From Mobula hypostoma (taxonomy: Eukaryota): a stretch of DNA of 64,000 nt. Position 1 is the stretch's first letter. The number at the start of each line of letters is the position of its first letter. The stretch covers positions 255,070,001-255,134,000 of the forward strand of contig NC_086097.1 of the NCBI RefSeq assembly GCF_963921235.1, given 5' to 3'. Made by a program: the position numbers and the translations under genes. Below, one piece after another: positions 1 to 11,551 of the stretch. The notes beneath the pieces were generated by a model. It was not told the origin of the DNA. It was given only the letters and a program-made list of their open reading frames with translations, and did not search any database.

Positions 1-1434
1 AAAGTTATGAGGGAGACGAAGTAAGATGTACCCAATCTTAAATCTTTATTTAGCTATTGTTGCACATGCCACAGGCCTTATTTATCTAACAATGCCAAGC
101 ATTTTTATCTCAGTATTTTTCTCAACCGTGTGTTCTGAGAAAGTAAAGTGGAAATGAGAGACATAAAGGCCAAGAGACATGGCACTATGGCAAACTAGAA
201 ACTTGACAATACTCCAACAATCTTTTTTGAAAAATGAGATCTATCACATACTAACCTATTGCTGTGCTGTGTGGCTTGCAGAGTAAAGACCACTTATTAC
301 TTACTAGGTTTGTAAAAAGTCAACTATTAGCCTATTGTCACAAAAACAGGAACAGCACTGACACGCAAGCCTAGATATTTACAAAGTCAGATGTTTGTTT
401 CTAGAAATTAAAGCCTAGTTCTTCTGGATTTCTTCGCAGCAAAGTCCTTGATCAGATCACTAAATTCCAGTTTCCGATCAAGATCAGTTTCAAGTGACAT
501 CAGAGTAAGATGACTCAGCTTGTCCTGTCCCATTGTGGATCTGAGCCTATTCTTCACTAACTTGAGCTTGGAGAAAGATCGCTCACCACTTGCACTTGTG
601 ACAGGGAGAGTCAGGTAAAGCCTCAAAGCAATGCTTACATTTGGGAAGATGACCTGCAAGTTTTTTTTTTCTGTAAGGAAGCGTAAAAGCTCTGTTGCGG
701 ATGAAATATCTTTCCCAGTTACAAATTCCCTGAAATGGACAATCTCGTCCACAAAACAAAACACACAGCCGGTGGAAGGGAAATATAAGAGCCATTGCCT
801 TGATATGTACTCACCATTTACGAGCTTGCGTTTGAAGTGAAATTTGGAGAAAAAAACGTCTCTGCTGTTTGTATTCTCGTTCCGAAGCTTTGATATCCAC
901 ATCCTTATTCTGGCAGGACTCCGGCCCTTTCTTAGCCCAGTATGCTCGGACTGAATCATCTAACGTTTCCTTTCCCCAGCGAGCAGGATCAGTGCTGTAA
1001 GGATCCACAGTAGCGGTAACGTTAACATTAATGGTGGCCCGACTTGGTTGTTCGGAGGCCTCTGTGGTCGGGAATCCCAAAGTCATGCTCCCTGCCTCTT
1101 CAACGTTAGCTGCTGACTGTGGCAAAGACAGTGGTCTTGTGCTGGTGCTAGCGCTAGGTGTTGAACAAGTCTCTATTTGTCCATCGGTCTCAGACTGTGA
1201 CAAGAGCTATGGTACTGCTGCATAATTGAGAAGAGGTTTAAAAAATTCTGTCAATTTCAATGTCTTTTTTAATGCTTCTTTCTCACGTCCTCTTTTTCTT
1301 ATTTCTTTTTTTCTTTTCTGTCTTCCACTCTCATTTTTTTGTCCGCCATAATAATAACTACCTGTTTTGGGCCCCTCTGCAGCTCTGGCCCCTGGGCTGC
1401 AGCCCAGCCTAGCCCTGCCTAAAGACCGGCCCTG
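1..1434 (-). mobile_element. hAT DNA transposon, internally deleted, running off the left edge
   Basis: Minus-strand end CAGGGCCGGTCTTTAGGC at 1434 is a hAT-like terminus. ORF 408-959 ends in a hAT dimerisation motif (FPNVSIALRLYLTLPVTSASGERSFSKLKLVKNRLRSTM) fused to a TTF-type zinc-finger remnant (RQWLLY..CVFCF). The catalytic core is missing. Confidence 0.85.
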
Positions 1435-1730
1435 CATACATCGTAAAAGCAGCGGTCCCAAAACCGACCCCTGTGGAACTCCATTAGTAATCGGCAAACA
1501 GGTAGAGTAGGATCCCTTTATTCCCACTTCCAGTTTTCTGCCGGCCAGCCAACGTTCCGCCCATGTTAGTAACTTTCCTGTAATTCCATGTGCTCTTATC
1601 TTGTTAAGCATTTCTGAAAATCTAAGTACACCACGTCTACTACATCTCCTTTGTCTACCCTGCTTGTAATTTCCTCAAAGATTTGCAGAAGGTTTGTCAG
1701 ACAGGATTTTCCTTTCAGGAAACATGCTGG
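1435..1730 (-). mobile_element. CR1 LINE RT fragment
   Basis: [18 protein letters not shown] and [12 protein letters not shown] motifs in ORFs 1596-1910 and 1207-1611. Confidence 0.85.
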
Positions 1731-1750
1731 TACTCGGGTAACCATACTGG

Positions 1751-1854
1751 TGTACCTATTCCTAGAAATGCTGCCTGACCTGCTGCGTTCACCAGCAACT
1801 TTGATGTGTGTTGCTTGAATTTCCAGCATCTGTAGAATTCCTCGTTTTTGCGTC
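1751..1854 (+). mobile_element. Penelope-like element terminal fragment
   Basis: Same sequence as the terminal repeat at 50382-50450 and 53675-53742. Flanked by an 18-bp direct repeat CTCGGGTAACCAT(A/G)CTGG at 1733-1750 and 1855-1872. Confidence 0.7.
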
Positions 1855-2199
1855 CTCGGGTAACCATGCTGGCAATGCACAAGGCGGAACGAAAAACAAA
1901 ACATAAACACTCACCCAGCAGCCAGCTATTGCTGCACACGTTCTGGTGCTCTGTGCCAGTATGGATTTGCAACAGTGGAAACTGGAATTTCATCCTACAT
2001 GCTGAAGAATGTTATTCTTGCATTTGTGGAGAACGTTGGTGTTTAGATGTGGAGTTGAATGTTGCGATTCCGATTCGGGTTCGAATACACTTATCACACA
2101 CGCATGAAAACATACAGAGAAGTGCGTTTTTTTGAGTTAACAACCCACCAACCAACATCCGTGAAGATGCGTAGAAATCAGTAGAAATGTGTCTGCTCT

Positions 2200-2640
2200 C
2201 CACCCACATAATGTCAACAACTCTACGGTTAGCACCGTTTCAACATTCAGCTTCCGGATATAATAACGTTCCGGCCAGGACCTCTTGTGGGAATCATATC
2301 TCCTCTATTAACCAAGCGATCGCCAGAGGATCCACTTGTGGCAGATGGTAAAATTTCGTCTTCCACAGAACATGCTAGTGTACTTCTACCCTGCTGTCAG
2401 GGAGCGCAGTCTCACATCAATCATCACCGTCTGGTTTGGTGCAGCATCCTCTGACAATACAGGAACACTATAGCGAACCAGCAGATCAGCTGAAAAGCTG
2501 ATTGGCTGCCGTTCACCATCACTGGATGGCAATCTTGTCTGTGTCCAGGACTATGAAGGGCAGGAATACACACTGCGGACACGACCGAACCCTGCAAACC
2601 TGCCGTTCCAAGAGCGCCCTTCCGCAGACAGCCATATTTA
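2200..2640 (+). mobile_element. Old Rex1/Babar-like LINE 3' remnant
   Basis: Translates to FYPAVRERSLTSIITVWFGAAS, resembling the RT C-terminal region of the Rex-like copies in this window. Confidence 0.5.
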
Positions 2641-4848
2641 CCTTCTCTACAACACTAAATGCATATCCACATTCTCCATACCGTAACTATGATGCAGAGG
2701 GAAATTCTAGAGTGTCTACGAGATGGCTTTTTAGAGCAGCTCGTGGTTGAGCCCACTAGAAGATCAGTTATTCTGGGTGGGCTGTTTTGCAATGAACCAG
2801 CATTGATTAGTCAGCTTCGGGTGAAAGAACCCTTCAGAGTGAATGACCATAATATGATCGAACTCACTCTGATATTTGAGAAGGGGGAGCGAAAGTAAGA
2901 TGCAAGAGTATTACAGTGAAGTAAATGAAATTACAGAGGCATGAGAGAGGGGTTGCTCAGAATTGTTTGGAAAAGAAGACTGGCAGGGATAACGGCAGAG
3001 CAGCAATTGTTAGAACTTTTGGAAACAATTTGGAATGCACCGGGTACATACGGCCAAAAGAGGACAAACTAATCTAAAGGTAATATGACACAACCGTGAC
3101 TAACAATAAAGTCAAAGCCAACATAAACGCCAAAGAGAGGGTATATAATAGAGAAAGAATTAGGGGGTAATTAGTGGATTGGGAAGCTCTTAAAAACCAA
3201 CAGAAGACAACTAAAAAGTAATTGAGAAGGTAAAGATGGAATACAGAAGTAAGTTAGCCAATAATATTAAAGAGGATACAAAAGTTTCTTCAGATGCATA
3301 AAGTTTACAAGAGAGGCTACAGTAAATATCAGACCGCTGGAATACAATGCCGGAAAGGTGGTCATGTGGGACTATTAAATGACGGAACTGAACAAATATT
3401 TTGCCTCTATCTTCACCGTGGAAGATACAAGCAGCATGGTGGAAATTTCAGGTGTCAAGGGGCATGAATTACGTGAAGTTACCATAACTAGACCTAAGGT
3501 TCTGAGGAACTTGTAAGGTTTCAAAGTAGTTGAGTCACCTGGACCAGATGTTATACATCCCCGAATTCTGAAACAAATGCATGAATATATTTTGGAGACA
3601 TAAGTAATGATCGTTCATGAATTACTAGGTTCTGGAATGGTTGAATAAGACTGGAAAATTTCAAACGTCACTCCACTCTTCAAGAAGGGAGAGAGGCAGA
3701 AGAAAAGTAACTATAGACCAGTTAGTCTGATCTCAGTGATTGGGAAGATTTGCAGTTGATTATTAAGGATGAGGTCTCAGGCTACCTGGAGAAACATGAT
3801 AAAATAGGCTGTAGTCAGCATGGTTTCTTCAAGAGAAAACTTTGCCTGACAAATCTGTTGGAATTCTTTGAAGAAATAACAAGCAGGATAGAAAGAGGAG
3901 AATCAGTTGATGTTGTGTACATAATTTTCAGAAAGCCTTTAACAAGTTGCCAATCGCGAATCTGCTTTACAAGCCACGAGTCCATGGTATTACAGGGAAG
4001 ATTCTAGCATGGCCATAAAGAGCTGGAAAGAAGGGAGACTTCTTTGGCTGGCTGTCGGTGACTAATGATATTCCATAGGAGTGTGTGTTGGGACTGATTC
4101 TTTTTACATTATATGCCAATGATTTTGATGATTGCATTGATGGCTTTGTTGCAAAGTTTGCAGACAAGATGATGATTGGCAGAGGGGCAGGTGTTTTGAG
4201 GAAGTAGAGAGGCTACAGAAGGAATAAAACAGATTAGGAGACTGGGCGAAGTAATGGCAGATGTAATACAGTATTGGAAAGTGTATGGTCGTGCATTTGA
4301 CAGAAGAAATGAAAGTGTTTACTATTTTCTAAATAGAAAGAAAATACAAAAAAACTGACGCGCAAAGGGACGGATTTCTGCAGGATTAAGGTGGTAATTT
4401 GCAGGTTGAGTCTGTGGTGAGTAAGGCAAATGCAATGTTAGCATTCATTTCAAGTGGACTAGAATATAAAAACAAGGATATAATGTTGAAGTTTACAAAG
4501 CACAGTGAGGTCTCACTGGAAATATTGTGAGCACGTTTAGCCCCCATATCTAAGAAAGGATATGTTGAAACTGGAGAGAGCTCAACGATGGTTCACGAAA
4601 ACGATTCTATGATTCAATGGCTTTTAATATGATGAGTGTTCGTTGGCTCTGAGCCTGTATCCAGTAGAATTCAGAAAAATGAGCGGTGAACTCATTGAAA
4701 CCTATCGAATGGGAAAGGCCTTAATGGAGTGGCTGTGAAGACGATGTTTCCTCTGGTGGGAGAGTCTAAACCAGAGGACACATCCTCAGAATAGAAGGGC
4801 GTCCTTGTAGAAAGGAGATGAGGAGGATTTGTGGAATTCTTTGCTAAC
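2640..4848 (+). mobile_element. Degenerate CR1 LINE ORF2 (endonuclease end through RT and 3' part)
   Basis: LECLRDGFLEQLVVEPTR, SQHGFFKRKLCLTNLLEFFEE and KFAD motifs, with many stops and frameshifts. Confidence 0.85.
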
Positions 4849-4849
4849 A

Positions 4850-4912
4850 GCACTGTGGATAATGTGTTGACTACGGATCAGAAGATTCTAGGTACGACTC
4901 CTACCTGACTCG
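4850..4912 (+). pseudogene. tRNA-Arg(ACG) pseudogene, 5' end lost
   Basis: TGGATAATGTGTTGACTACGGATCAGAAGATTCTAGGTACGACTCCTACCTGACTCG. The acceptor 5' strand is absent and the B box is mutated. The 3' flank is homologous to that of the intact Arg genes. Confidence 0.8.
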
Positions 4913-5194
4913 TTGACGTCCTTTGCCCATCCTTGTGCAAGCCTTCCCAGCTGTCTTTTCTCACACTGCTTCCCAGACAATTACATTCTTACAGCTTACC
5001 TGATTCATCGCTGACTCCTCACCTGAAGCTCACTCTTCACTTTAGCATCAGTTGTGCTCTTTTCCTCGTCCATCCTTTCAAACCTGCAGATCTACCACGA
5101 CATTATCTCCTTTGCAGAAACTGACTGCATACCCTCTCCCTCTCACTCCTCCTTCCTTCGCCTTCAATTCACCCAGCAATTATGTGACAGGTGA

Positions 5195-5515
5195 ATCCAT
5201 AAAATTATGAAGGGGACGGATACGATAGAGGCAGAAACGTTGTTTCCACTGGTAGGAGAGACTATATCTAGGGACATAGCCTCAAGATTCCAGGGAGTAG
5301 ATTTAGGACGGAGATGAGGAAGAAATGCTTTTCCCGGAGAGTGATGAATCTGTGGAATTCTCTGCCCAATGCAGCAGTGGAGGCTACCTCACGAAATATA
5401 TATGGGGACAGTGCAGGCAGTGGCGATGAATCCAGGGCTAGATGAGTCATGATTTTATTAATTGGCGGGCCAGATGTCCTACTCCCACTCCCATTGCTGA
5501 CGTTCTTATGTTCTC
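5195..5515 (+). mobile_element. CR1 LINE 3' fragment
   Basis: GHSLKIPGSRFRTEMRKKCFSRRVMNLWNSLP-type C-terminus followed by a TTCTTATGTTCT tail. Confidence 0.75.
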
Positions 5516-6848
5516 CTGTTCTGTCTAAGTCCTTTGGCAGCCTACCTGTTTCCTGAACACTAACTGCCCCTCCACCAATCTACATATCATCAGCAAATTT
5601 GGCAACAAAGCAATCTAAAAGCATAGAAACATAGAAAACCTACAGTACAATACGGGCCCTTCGGCCCACAAAGTTGTGCCGAACATGCCACTACCTTAGA
5701 AATAAGTAGGGTTACCCATAGCCCTCTATTTTTCTAAGCTCCATGTACCCATCCAAAAGTCCCTTAAAGACCCTATCGTATCCGCCTCCACCACCTTTGC
5801 CGGCAGCCCATTCCACGCACTCACCACTCTCTGCGTAAAAAACTTACCCTTGACATCTCCTCTGTACCTACTCCCAAGCACCTTAAAAGTTTTGCCCTCT
5901 CGTGTTAGCCATTTCAGCTCTGGGAAAAAGCCTCTGACTATCCACACGATCAATGCCTGTCATCATCTTATACACCTTTATCAGATCACCTCTGATCCTC
6001 CGTCGCTCCAAGGAGAAAAGGCCGAGTTCACTCAACCTGTTTTCATAAGGCACGCTCCCCAACCCAGGCAACATTCTTGTAAATCTGCTCTGCACCCTTT
6101 CTATGGTTTCCAGATCCTTCCTGTAGTGAGGCGACCAGAACTGAGCACAGTACTCCAAGTGGGGTCTGACCAGATTCCTATATAGCTGTAACATTACCTC
6201 TCGGATCCTAATTTCAATTGCACGACTGTTGAAGGCCAAAACACCGTATGCCTTCTTAACCACAGCAGGCCAATTTGGTAGATCAAACATGGTAGCAGAG
6301 TATAGTATCTATTCCATCTTCTGAATCGTTTATATACAGCATAAAAAGAAGTGGTTCGAACACTGACCCCTGTGGAACACCACTCGTCACTGGCAGCCAA
6401 CCAGAAAAGGATCGTTTTATTCCCACTCGCTGCCTCCTACCAATCAGCCAATTCTCTAACCATGCCAGTAACTTTCCTGTAATACCATGGGCTCTTAACT
6501 TGGTAAGCGGCCTCATGTGTGGCACCTTGTCAAGAGGCATTCTGACAGTCCAAGTATACAACATCCACTGTATCCCCTTTATCAATATAATGTGTAGTCT
6601 CCTCAAAGAATTCTAACAGATTTATCACAGAGGATTTTCGCTTAAGGACACCAAGCTGACTTTGTCTTATCTTATCCTGTGTCATCAAGTGCTCCACAAT
6701 GCCATCCTTAACAATTGACTCCAACATCTTCCCAACCACTGTGGTTAATTAACTGGTCTATAATTTCCTTCCTGTTGCCTTCCTCCTTACTTGAAGAGTA
6801 GAGTGACGTTTACAATTTTCAAATCCTCTGGCGCTATGCCAGAGTCCA
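5515..6848 (-). mobile_element. CR1 RT fragment hosting a younger CR1 insertion
   Basis: ORFs 6283-6606 and 6530-6739 (DKVPH, GVPQGS). The uninterrupted paralogue is at 29750-30220 plus 31519-31695. Confidence 0.8.
5618..6307 (-). mobile_element. 5'-truncated CR1 insertion with a short 5' inversion
   Basis: [15 protein letters not shown] motif, (ATAGAAAC) tail at the left end, TCTA TSD at 5614-5617 and 6308-6311. Absent from the duplicate copy near 29850. Confidence 0.8.
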
Positions 6849-7310
6849 GAAGCTGCAGAGGTTTGTAAATTTAGTTGGCTGCATCTTGGGTATTAGCCTA
6901 CAAATTACCCAGGACATAGTCAAGGAGCGGAGTCTATGAAAGGCGTCGTCCATTGTTAAGGACCCGCAGCAATCAGGGCATGCCCGTTTCTCCTCTTACC
7001 ATCAGGTAGGAGGTACAGAAGCCTGAAGGCTCACACTCAACGATTCAGGAACAGCTTCTTCCCCTCTGCCATCCGTTTCCTCGACGGACACTGGGCATTG
7101 AACCCGTGATCACTGCATCACTTTTTAAGCATACGTATGCTATTTCTGTTTTTGCACGAGTTTTAATCTATTCAATATACGTACACTGTAATTGATTTTT
7201 TGTTATTATTATTTTTTATTCTCTATTTTGTATTGCAATGAACTACTGCAGCTAATTTAGCATATTTTACGACACCTGCCGGTGATAACAAGCCTGACGC
7301 TGATTCAGAC
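6849..7310 (+). mobile_element. Rex1/Babar-like LINE 3' fragment
   Basis: LPSGRRYRSLKAHTQRFRNSFFPSAIRFL C-terminal motif followed by an AT-rich 3' UTR. Confidence 0.7.
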
Positions 7311-7400
7311 ATAGATGAACAGAACATACTGAGCTACACAAATCGGAGGAGACCTGGTACAATGCCGGTCTGTATCTGCGTTCTGATACTTCAGATACTG

Positions 7401-7431
7401 GCACCACCTGCTGGTGTGGATTTGCAAACGC
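7401..7431 (-). promoter_or_regulatory. CTCF-like site in the tRNA-associated module
   Basis: CCAGCAGGTGGTGC at 7401-7414 on the minus strand closely matches the CTCF core consensus. Confidence 0.55.
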
Positions 7432-7488
7432 AGAACCGAGAGTGACTGCAAAAGGTTGCCCAATCAGAATTGAAGAAAGTAATGTCCG

Positions 7489-7551
7489 TGCCTTTGTGGT
7501 AATCTCTTCTGTTGAACACTTGCCTTTGTGGTAATCTCTTCTGTTGAACAC
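7489..7551. repeat. 32-bp tandem duplication
   Basis: TGCCTTTGTGGTAATCTCTTCTGTTGAACAC(T) x2; also present at 32335-32397. Confidence 0.9.
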
Positions 7552-8024
7552 AGAGTCGCATCATCTTGTTGCGTGGAGTCCAATCAACTCTGAGAGTGGA
7601 GAGACTGCTGGAGCGGCCTGTGTGAAGACTGAGTGCTCTGGAATGCTGGGCCGAGACAAGCTCGCGATGGGAATTGTGTAATTTGGTGCATCTGTATTCC
7701 ACCTGGTGACGTGTCGGAGCAGTCCCGAGTGCAGTCTTATGTCACCAAGCTGCCCCGTGACACGGGATTGATCATTTGCGCCAGGAAAGAGTAGCACAGC
7801 TTCGAATGGTGGGGATCCTTAATGAAAGACTCTTGTGACCGTGATCTGTGAAGATGTGCTCAATGGTGTGAAGGATTTTTCAAGTGCTAGACTGGACTGT
7901 ATCCATCATTTTCTGTGTAGAGCTTTGCACTGCTGGGCATTCGTGTTTCCATGCCAGGCTAGAGCAGCTCGTGTGAAGAGCTGGCACTCTGGAATTTTAT
8001 CCTGAAATAAGCTCGCCTCGTATG

Positions 8025-8155
8025 ACAAACACGCGATATTCTGCACATGCTGCAAATTTCAAATCCGCACGCTCAAAACGCTGGAAGAAGTCAGCAAGCC
8101 AGGCAGCATCTGTGGAAAAGAGTAGACAGGTGACATTTGGGGCCGAGAGCCTTCT
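8025..8155 (-). mobile_element. Diverged Penelope terminal-repeat remnant
   Basis: AAAACGCTGGAAGAAGTCAGCAAGCCAGGCAGCATC..GACATTTGGGGCCGAGAGCCTTC resembles the Penelope ends at 10788 and 50382. Confidence 0.6.
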
Positions 8156-8267
8156 GTGATTTGATGCCTTGCATCTGGTTAGGTGAAGGGGCACTTGTGA
8201 GAGCAGTATTGTGCCAGTAAGTAGGTCTGTGATATGGAAGTGATGATTAGCATAAGAAAAGAGCTAG

Positions 8268-8354
8268 TCCTTCGAGCCGGAATCGAACCAGCGACCTAAG
8301 GATGTCAGCTTTTGTCTCTACAGTCCTCCGCTCTACCAGCTGAGCTATCGAAGG
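8268..8354 (-). tRNA. tRNA-Tyr(GTA) with a 14-nt intron
   Basis: Canonical CCTTCGATAGCTCAGCTGGTAGAGCGGAGGACTGTAG[AGACAAAAGCTGAC]ATCCTTAGGTCGCTGGTTCGATTCCGGCTCGAAGGA. Intron 8304-8317; T4 terminator at 8257-8260. Confidence 0.97.
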
Positions 8355-8624
8355 AAAGACGCGAACGGAGTGCTCGGCGTGGACCCTTGCGACACGTAGT
8401 CCTAAACTAGTGAGACGCACAACACGCTGGAGGAACTCAGCAGGTCGGGCAGCATCCGTGGAAACGATCAGTAAACATATCGAAGGAAAGGCACGAACAG
8501 GGTGCTCCGCGTGGACCCCTGTGACACGGAGTCCCAGACTAGTGTCCATGTGATAAAACAGGTTGGGAACTCCTGCCTGCGGACAATGTTTCTGGAGCTG
8601 AGTGACAGCTGCGTGTCTACCGTC

Positions 8625-8735
8625 TGGGCCCGAAACGTCGACTTGCTACTCCTTTGCATAGATGCTGTGTTGCCTGCTGAGTTTCTGCAGCATTTTGTGT
8701 GCGTTATTTCGTATTTCCAGCATCTGCAGACTTTC
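8625..8735 (+). mobile_element. Diverged Penelope terminal-repeat remnant
   Basis: GGGCCCGAAACGTCGAC (3' half of the hammerhead motif) followed by GATGCTG..CCTGCTGAGTTTCTGCAGCATTTTGTGTG..CCAGCATCTGCAGA. Confidence 0.65.
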
Positions 8736-8814
8736 ACCGAGGAAGAAAGAATTTTCTGGTGTTCGTACATTTTGAAGTAGTCTAGCACTGACAGTGGTTT
8801 CCGATAAGTGAAGG

Positions 8815-8887
8815 GGGCCAGTGGCGCAATGGATAACGCGTCTGACTACGGATCAGAAGATTGTAGGTTCGACTCCTACCTGGCTCG
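8815..8887 (+). tRNA. tRNA-Arg(ACG)
   Basis: GGGCCAGTGGCGCAATGGATAACGCGTCTGACTACGGATCAGAAGATTGTAGGTTCGACTCCTACCTGGCTCG, 73 nt, full cloverleaf; TTTT at 8894-8897. Confidence 0.97.
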
Positions 8888-9151
8888 GTGATGTTTTCCT
8901 CATTCTTTTGCAAACTCGTCAGCTGTCCTCTTTCACCCCGCTTCCTGGCCAACTTCTTTCTTAGCATTTATGACTGACTCCTCACCTGAAAGCTCACGCT
9001 TCATTTCCGCATCAGCTGCCAGTTATCTTTGTCTCATCGCTTCTCGGGCCTCTTGTCCTATCTAACGTGCCCTCTTCGCTGTTGCAAGGGGGAGCTGTCG
9101 CGACGGCGCCGAGCTGCGGTCTCCGCCAAGTTTAATTGTCATTCAACCATA

Positions 9152-10182
9152 CAGTTCAGCATTCAACACCATAGTCCCATAGAGGCTCAGCAAGAAGCTC
9201 AGAGACCTCGGCCTTGACCCTGCCTTGCGCATCTGGATCCGAGACTTCCTGTCAGACCGCCAGCACGTTGTAAGAGTGGGTTCCCTCACCCCCAGCCCTC
9301 TGACGCTCAATACAGGAGCGCCTCCGGGCTGCGTACTTAGTCCCGTCCTTTACTCGCTGTATACGCATGACTGTGTCGCCACCCAGAGCTCTAATCTGCT
9401 AATTAAATTTGACGACGACACTACATTGATCGGCCTAATGTTAAACAATAACGAGCTGGCCTACAGGGAAGAAGTCATCTCTCTTACACAGTGGTGTCCA
9501 GAAAACAGCCTCTCCCGTAATGTCCCAAAAACAAAAGAGGTGTTTGTGGATTACAGGCGGAGTGGAGACAGGCTAACCCCTATTAACATCAAGGGATTTG
9601 GGGTTAAGAGGATAAACAGCTTTAAGTTCCTCGGCAATCACATCACTGAGAACCTCACATGGTCTGTACACTCCAGCTGTGTGGTGAAAAAAGCACAACA
9701 GTGCCCCTTCCACCTCAGACAGTTGAAGAAGTTTGGTATGGGCCCCCAGATCCTAAGAACTTTCTACAGGGGCACAGTTAAGAGTATCCTGACTGGCTGC
9801 ATCAGTGCCTGGTATGGGAATTGTACCTCCCTTAATCGCAGGACTCTACAGAGAGTGGTATGGACAGCACAGTGCATCTGTAGATGTGAACTTCCTATGA
9901 TTCAGGATATTTACAAGTACAGGTGTGTAAAAGGGGCCGGTAGGATCATTAAAGACCCGAGTCATCCCAACCACAATCTACTCCAGCTGCTACCAATCGG
10001 GAAACTGTACCGCAGCATAAAAGCCAGGATCAACAGGCTCCGGGACAACTTCTTCAACCAGGCCATCAGAGTGATTAACTGACGTTGATATGAGTGCAGT
10101 CTATATTACATTGACTGTTTTATTTATTATAAATTATTATAAAGTACTATGATTGCACATTGCACATATAGACGGAGACGTA
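9152..10182 (+). mobile_element. Rex1/Babar-like LINE, 5'-truncated RT region
   Basis: ORF 9225-10082: GAPPGCVLSPVLYSLYTHD, KFDDDTTLIG, KTKEVFVD, FKFLG, FYRGTVKSILTGCISAWYG. Confidence 0.85.
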
Positions 10183-10326
10183 CATTGGCATGCAAAAGTT
10201 TGGGCACCCCTGGTCAAAATTTCTGTTACTGCGAATAGTTAAGTGAGTAGAAGATGAACTGATCTCCAAAAGTCATTAAGTTAAAGATGAAACGTTCTTT
10301 TCAACACTGTAAGCAAGATTAATGTA
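10183..10326 (+). mobile_element. Tc1 left terminal inverted repeat (TIR) fragment cut by a duplication breakpoint
   Basis: Starts TA|CATTGGCATGCAAAAGTTTGGGCACCCC, at the same insertion site as the full copy at 12830. Confidence 0.85.
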
Positions 10327-10642
10327 AGACCTGGCACTTTGGAATTTTACCCTGAAATAAGCTCGCCTTGTATGACAAACACGAGATATTCAGCAGATTG
10401 TTTGCGTTTTTATATTCAGCAGATGCTGGAAATGCAAAGCCTCACGCTCAAAATGCTGGAGGAAGTCAGCAGGCCAGGCAGCATCTGTGGGAAAGAGTAG
10501 ACAGGCGAGATTTGGGGCCGAGACCCTTCTGTGATTTGATGCCTTCCATCTGGTTAGGTGAAGGGGCACTTGTGAGAGCAGTATTGTGCCAGTAAGTAGG
10601 TCCGTGATAGGCGATTGAAGATTAGCATAAGAAAAGTGCTAC

Positions 10643-10729
10643 TCCTTCGAGCCGGAATCGAACCAGCGACCTAAGGATGTCAGCTTTTGCGACTACAGTC
10701 CTCCGCTCTACCAGCTGAGCTATCGAAGG
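10643..10729 (-). tRNA. tRNA-Tyr(GTA) with a 14-nt intron
   Basis: Exons identical to 8268-8354. Intron TCGCAAAAGCTGAC at 10679-10692; T4 downstream. Confidence 0.97.
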
Positions 10730-10787
10730 AAAGACGCAAACGGAGTGCTCGGCGTGGACCCTTGCGACACGTAGTCCTAAACTAGTG

Positions 10788-11199
10788 AGACGCACAACAC
10801 GCTGGAGGAACTCAGCAGGTCGGGCAGCAGCCTTGGAAACGATCAGTCACGTTTCGTGCCGGAACCCTTCGTCAGGACTGTAGGGGGAAGGGGCAGAGGC
10901 CCTATAAAGAAGGTGGGGGGAGGGTGGGAAGGAGAAGGCTGGTAGGTTCCAGTTGAAAAACCAGTAAGGGGAAAGATAAAGGGGTGGGGGAGGGGAAGCA
11001 GGGAGGCAGGAAAGGTGAAGAAAGAATAGGGGAAAGCACAATGGGTAGTAGAAGGAGGCGGAACCATGAGGGAGGTTGTAGGCAGCTGGGGGAGGGGGCA
11101 GAGTGAAACAGGGATAGAGGAAAGGAGGGGGAGGGAATTACGAGAAGTTGGAGAATTCAATGTTCATACCAAGGGCCCGGAGACTACCCAGACTGTTCC
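10788..11199 (-). mobile_element. Penelope-like element, 5'-truncated
   Basis: Encodes LGSL..GMNIEFSNFS* (GIY-YIG-type C-terminus with a GxN motif), then a pyrimidine-rich UTR and a hammerhead-like core. AAACTAGTG TSD at 10779-10787 and 11200-11208. Confidence 0.8.
10844..10880 (-). ncRNA. Minimal type I hammerhead ribozyme motif, cleavage-site nucleotide deleted
   Basis: CAGTC-CTGACGA-AGGGTTCCGGCAC-GAAACGT-GACTG, with stem I CAGTC/GACTG. Confidence 0.6.
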
Positions 11200-11478
11200 A
11201 AACTAGTGTCCATGTGATAAAACAGGTTGGGAACCCCTGCCTGTGGACAAGGTTTCTGGAGCTGAGTGACAGCTGCGTGTCTGCCATGTGGGCCCGAAAC
11301 GTCGACTTGCTACTCCTTTGCATAGATGCTGTGTTGCCTGCTGAGTTTCTTCAGCATTTTGTGTGCGTTGCTTCATATTTCCAGAATATGCAGACTTTCA
11401 CCGGGAAAGAAAGAATTTTCTGGTGTTCGTACGTTTTGAAGTAGTCTAGCACTGACAGTGGTTTCCTATAAGCGAAGG

Positions 11479-11551
11479 GGGCCAGTGGCGCAATGGATAA
11501 CGCGCCTGAATACGGATCAGAAGATTGTAGGTTCGAATCCTACCTGGCTCG
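11479..11551 (+). tRNA. tRNA-Arg(ACG) variant, possibly impaired
   Basis: Copy of 8815-8887 with U27C (anticodon-stem mismatch), C32A and T-loop TTCGAAT. Confidence 0.8.

Noticed and set aside
408..1203. Possible host ZMYM1-like or domesticated transposase gene
   Set aside because: Frameshifted, catalytic core deleted, and bounded by a hAT terminus; this is a transposon relic.
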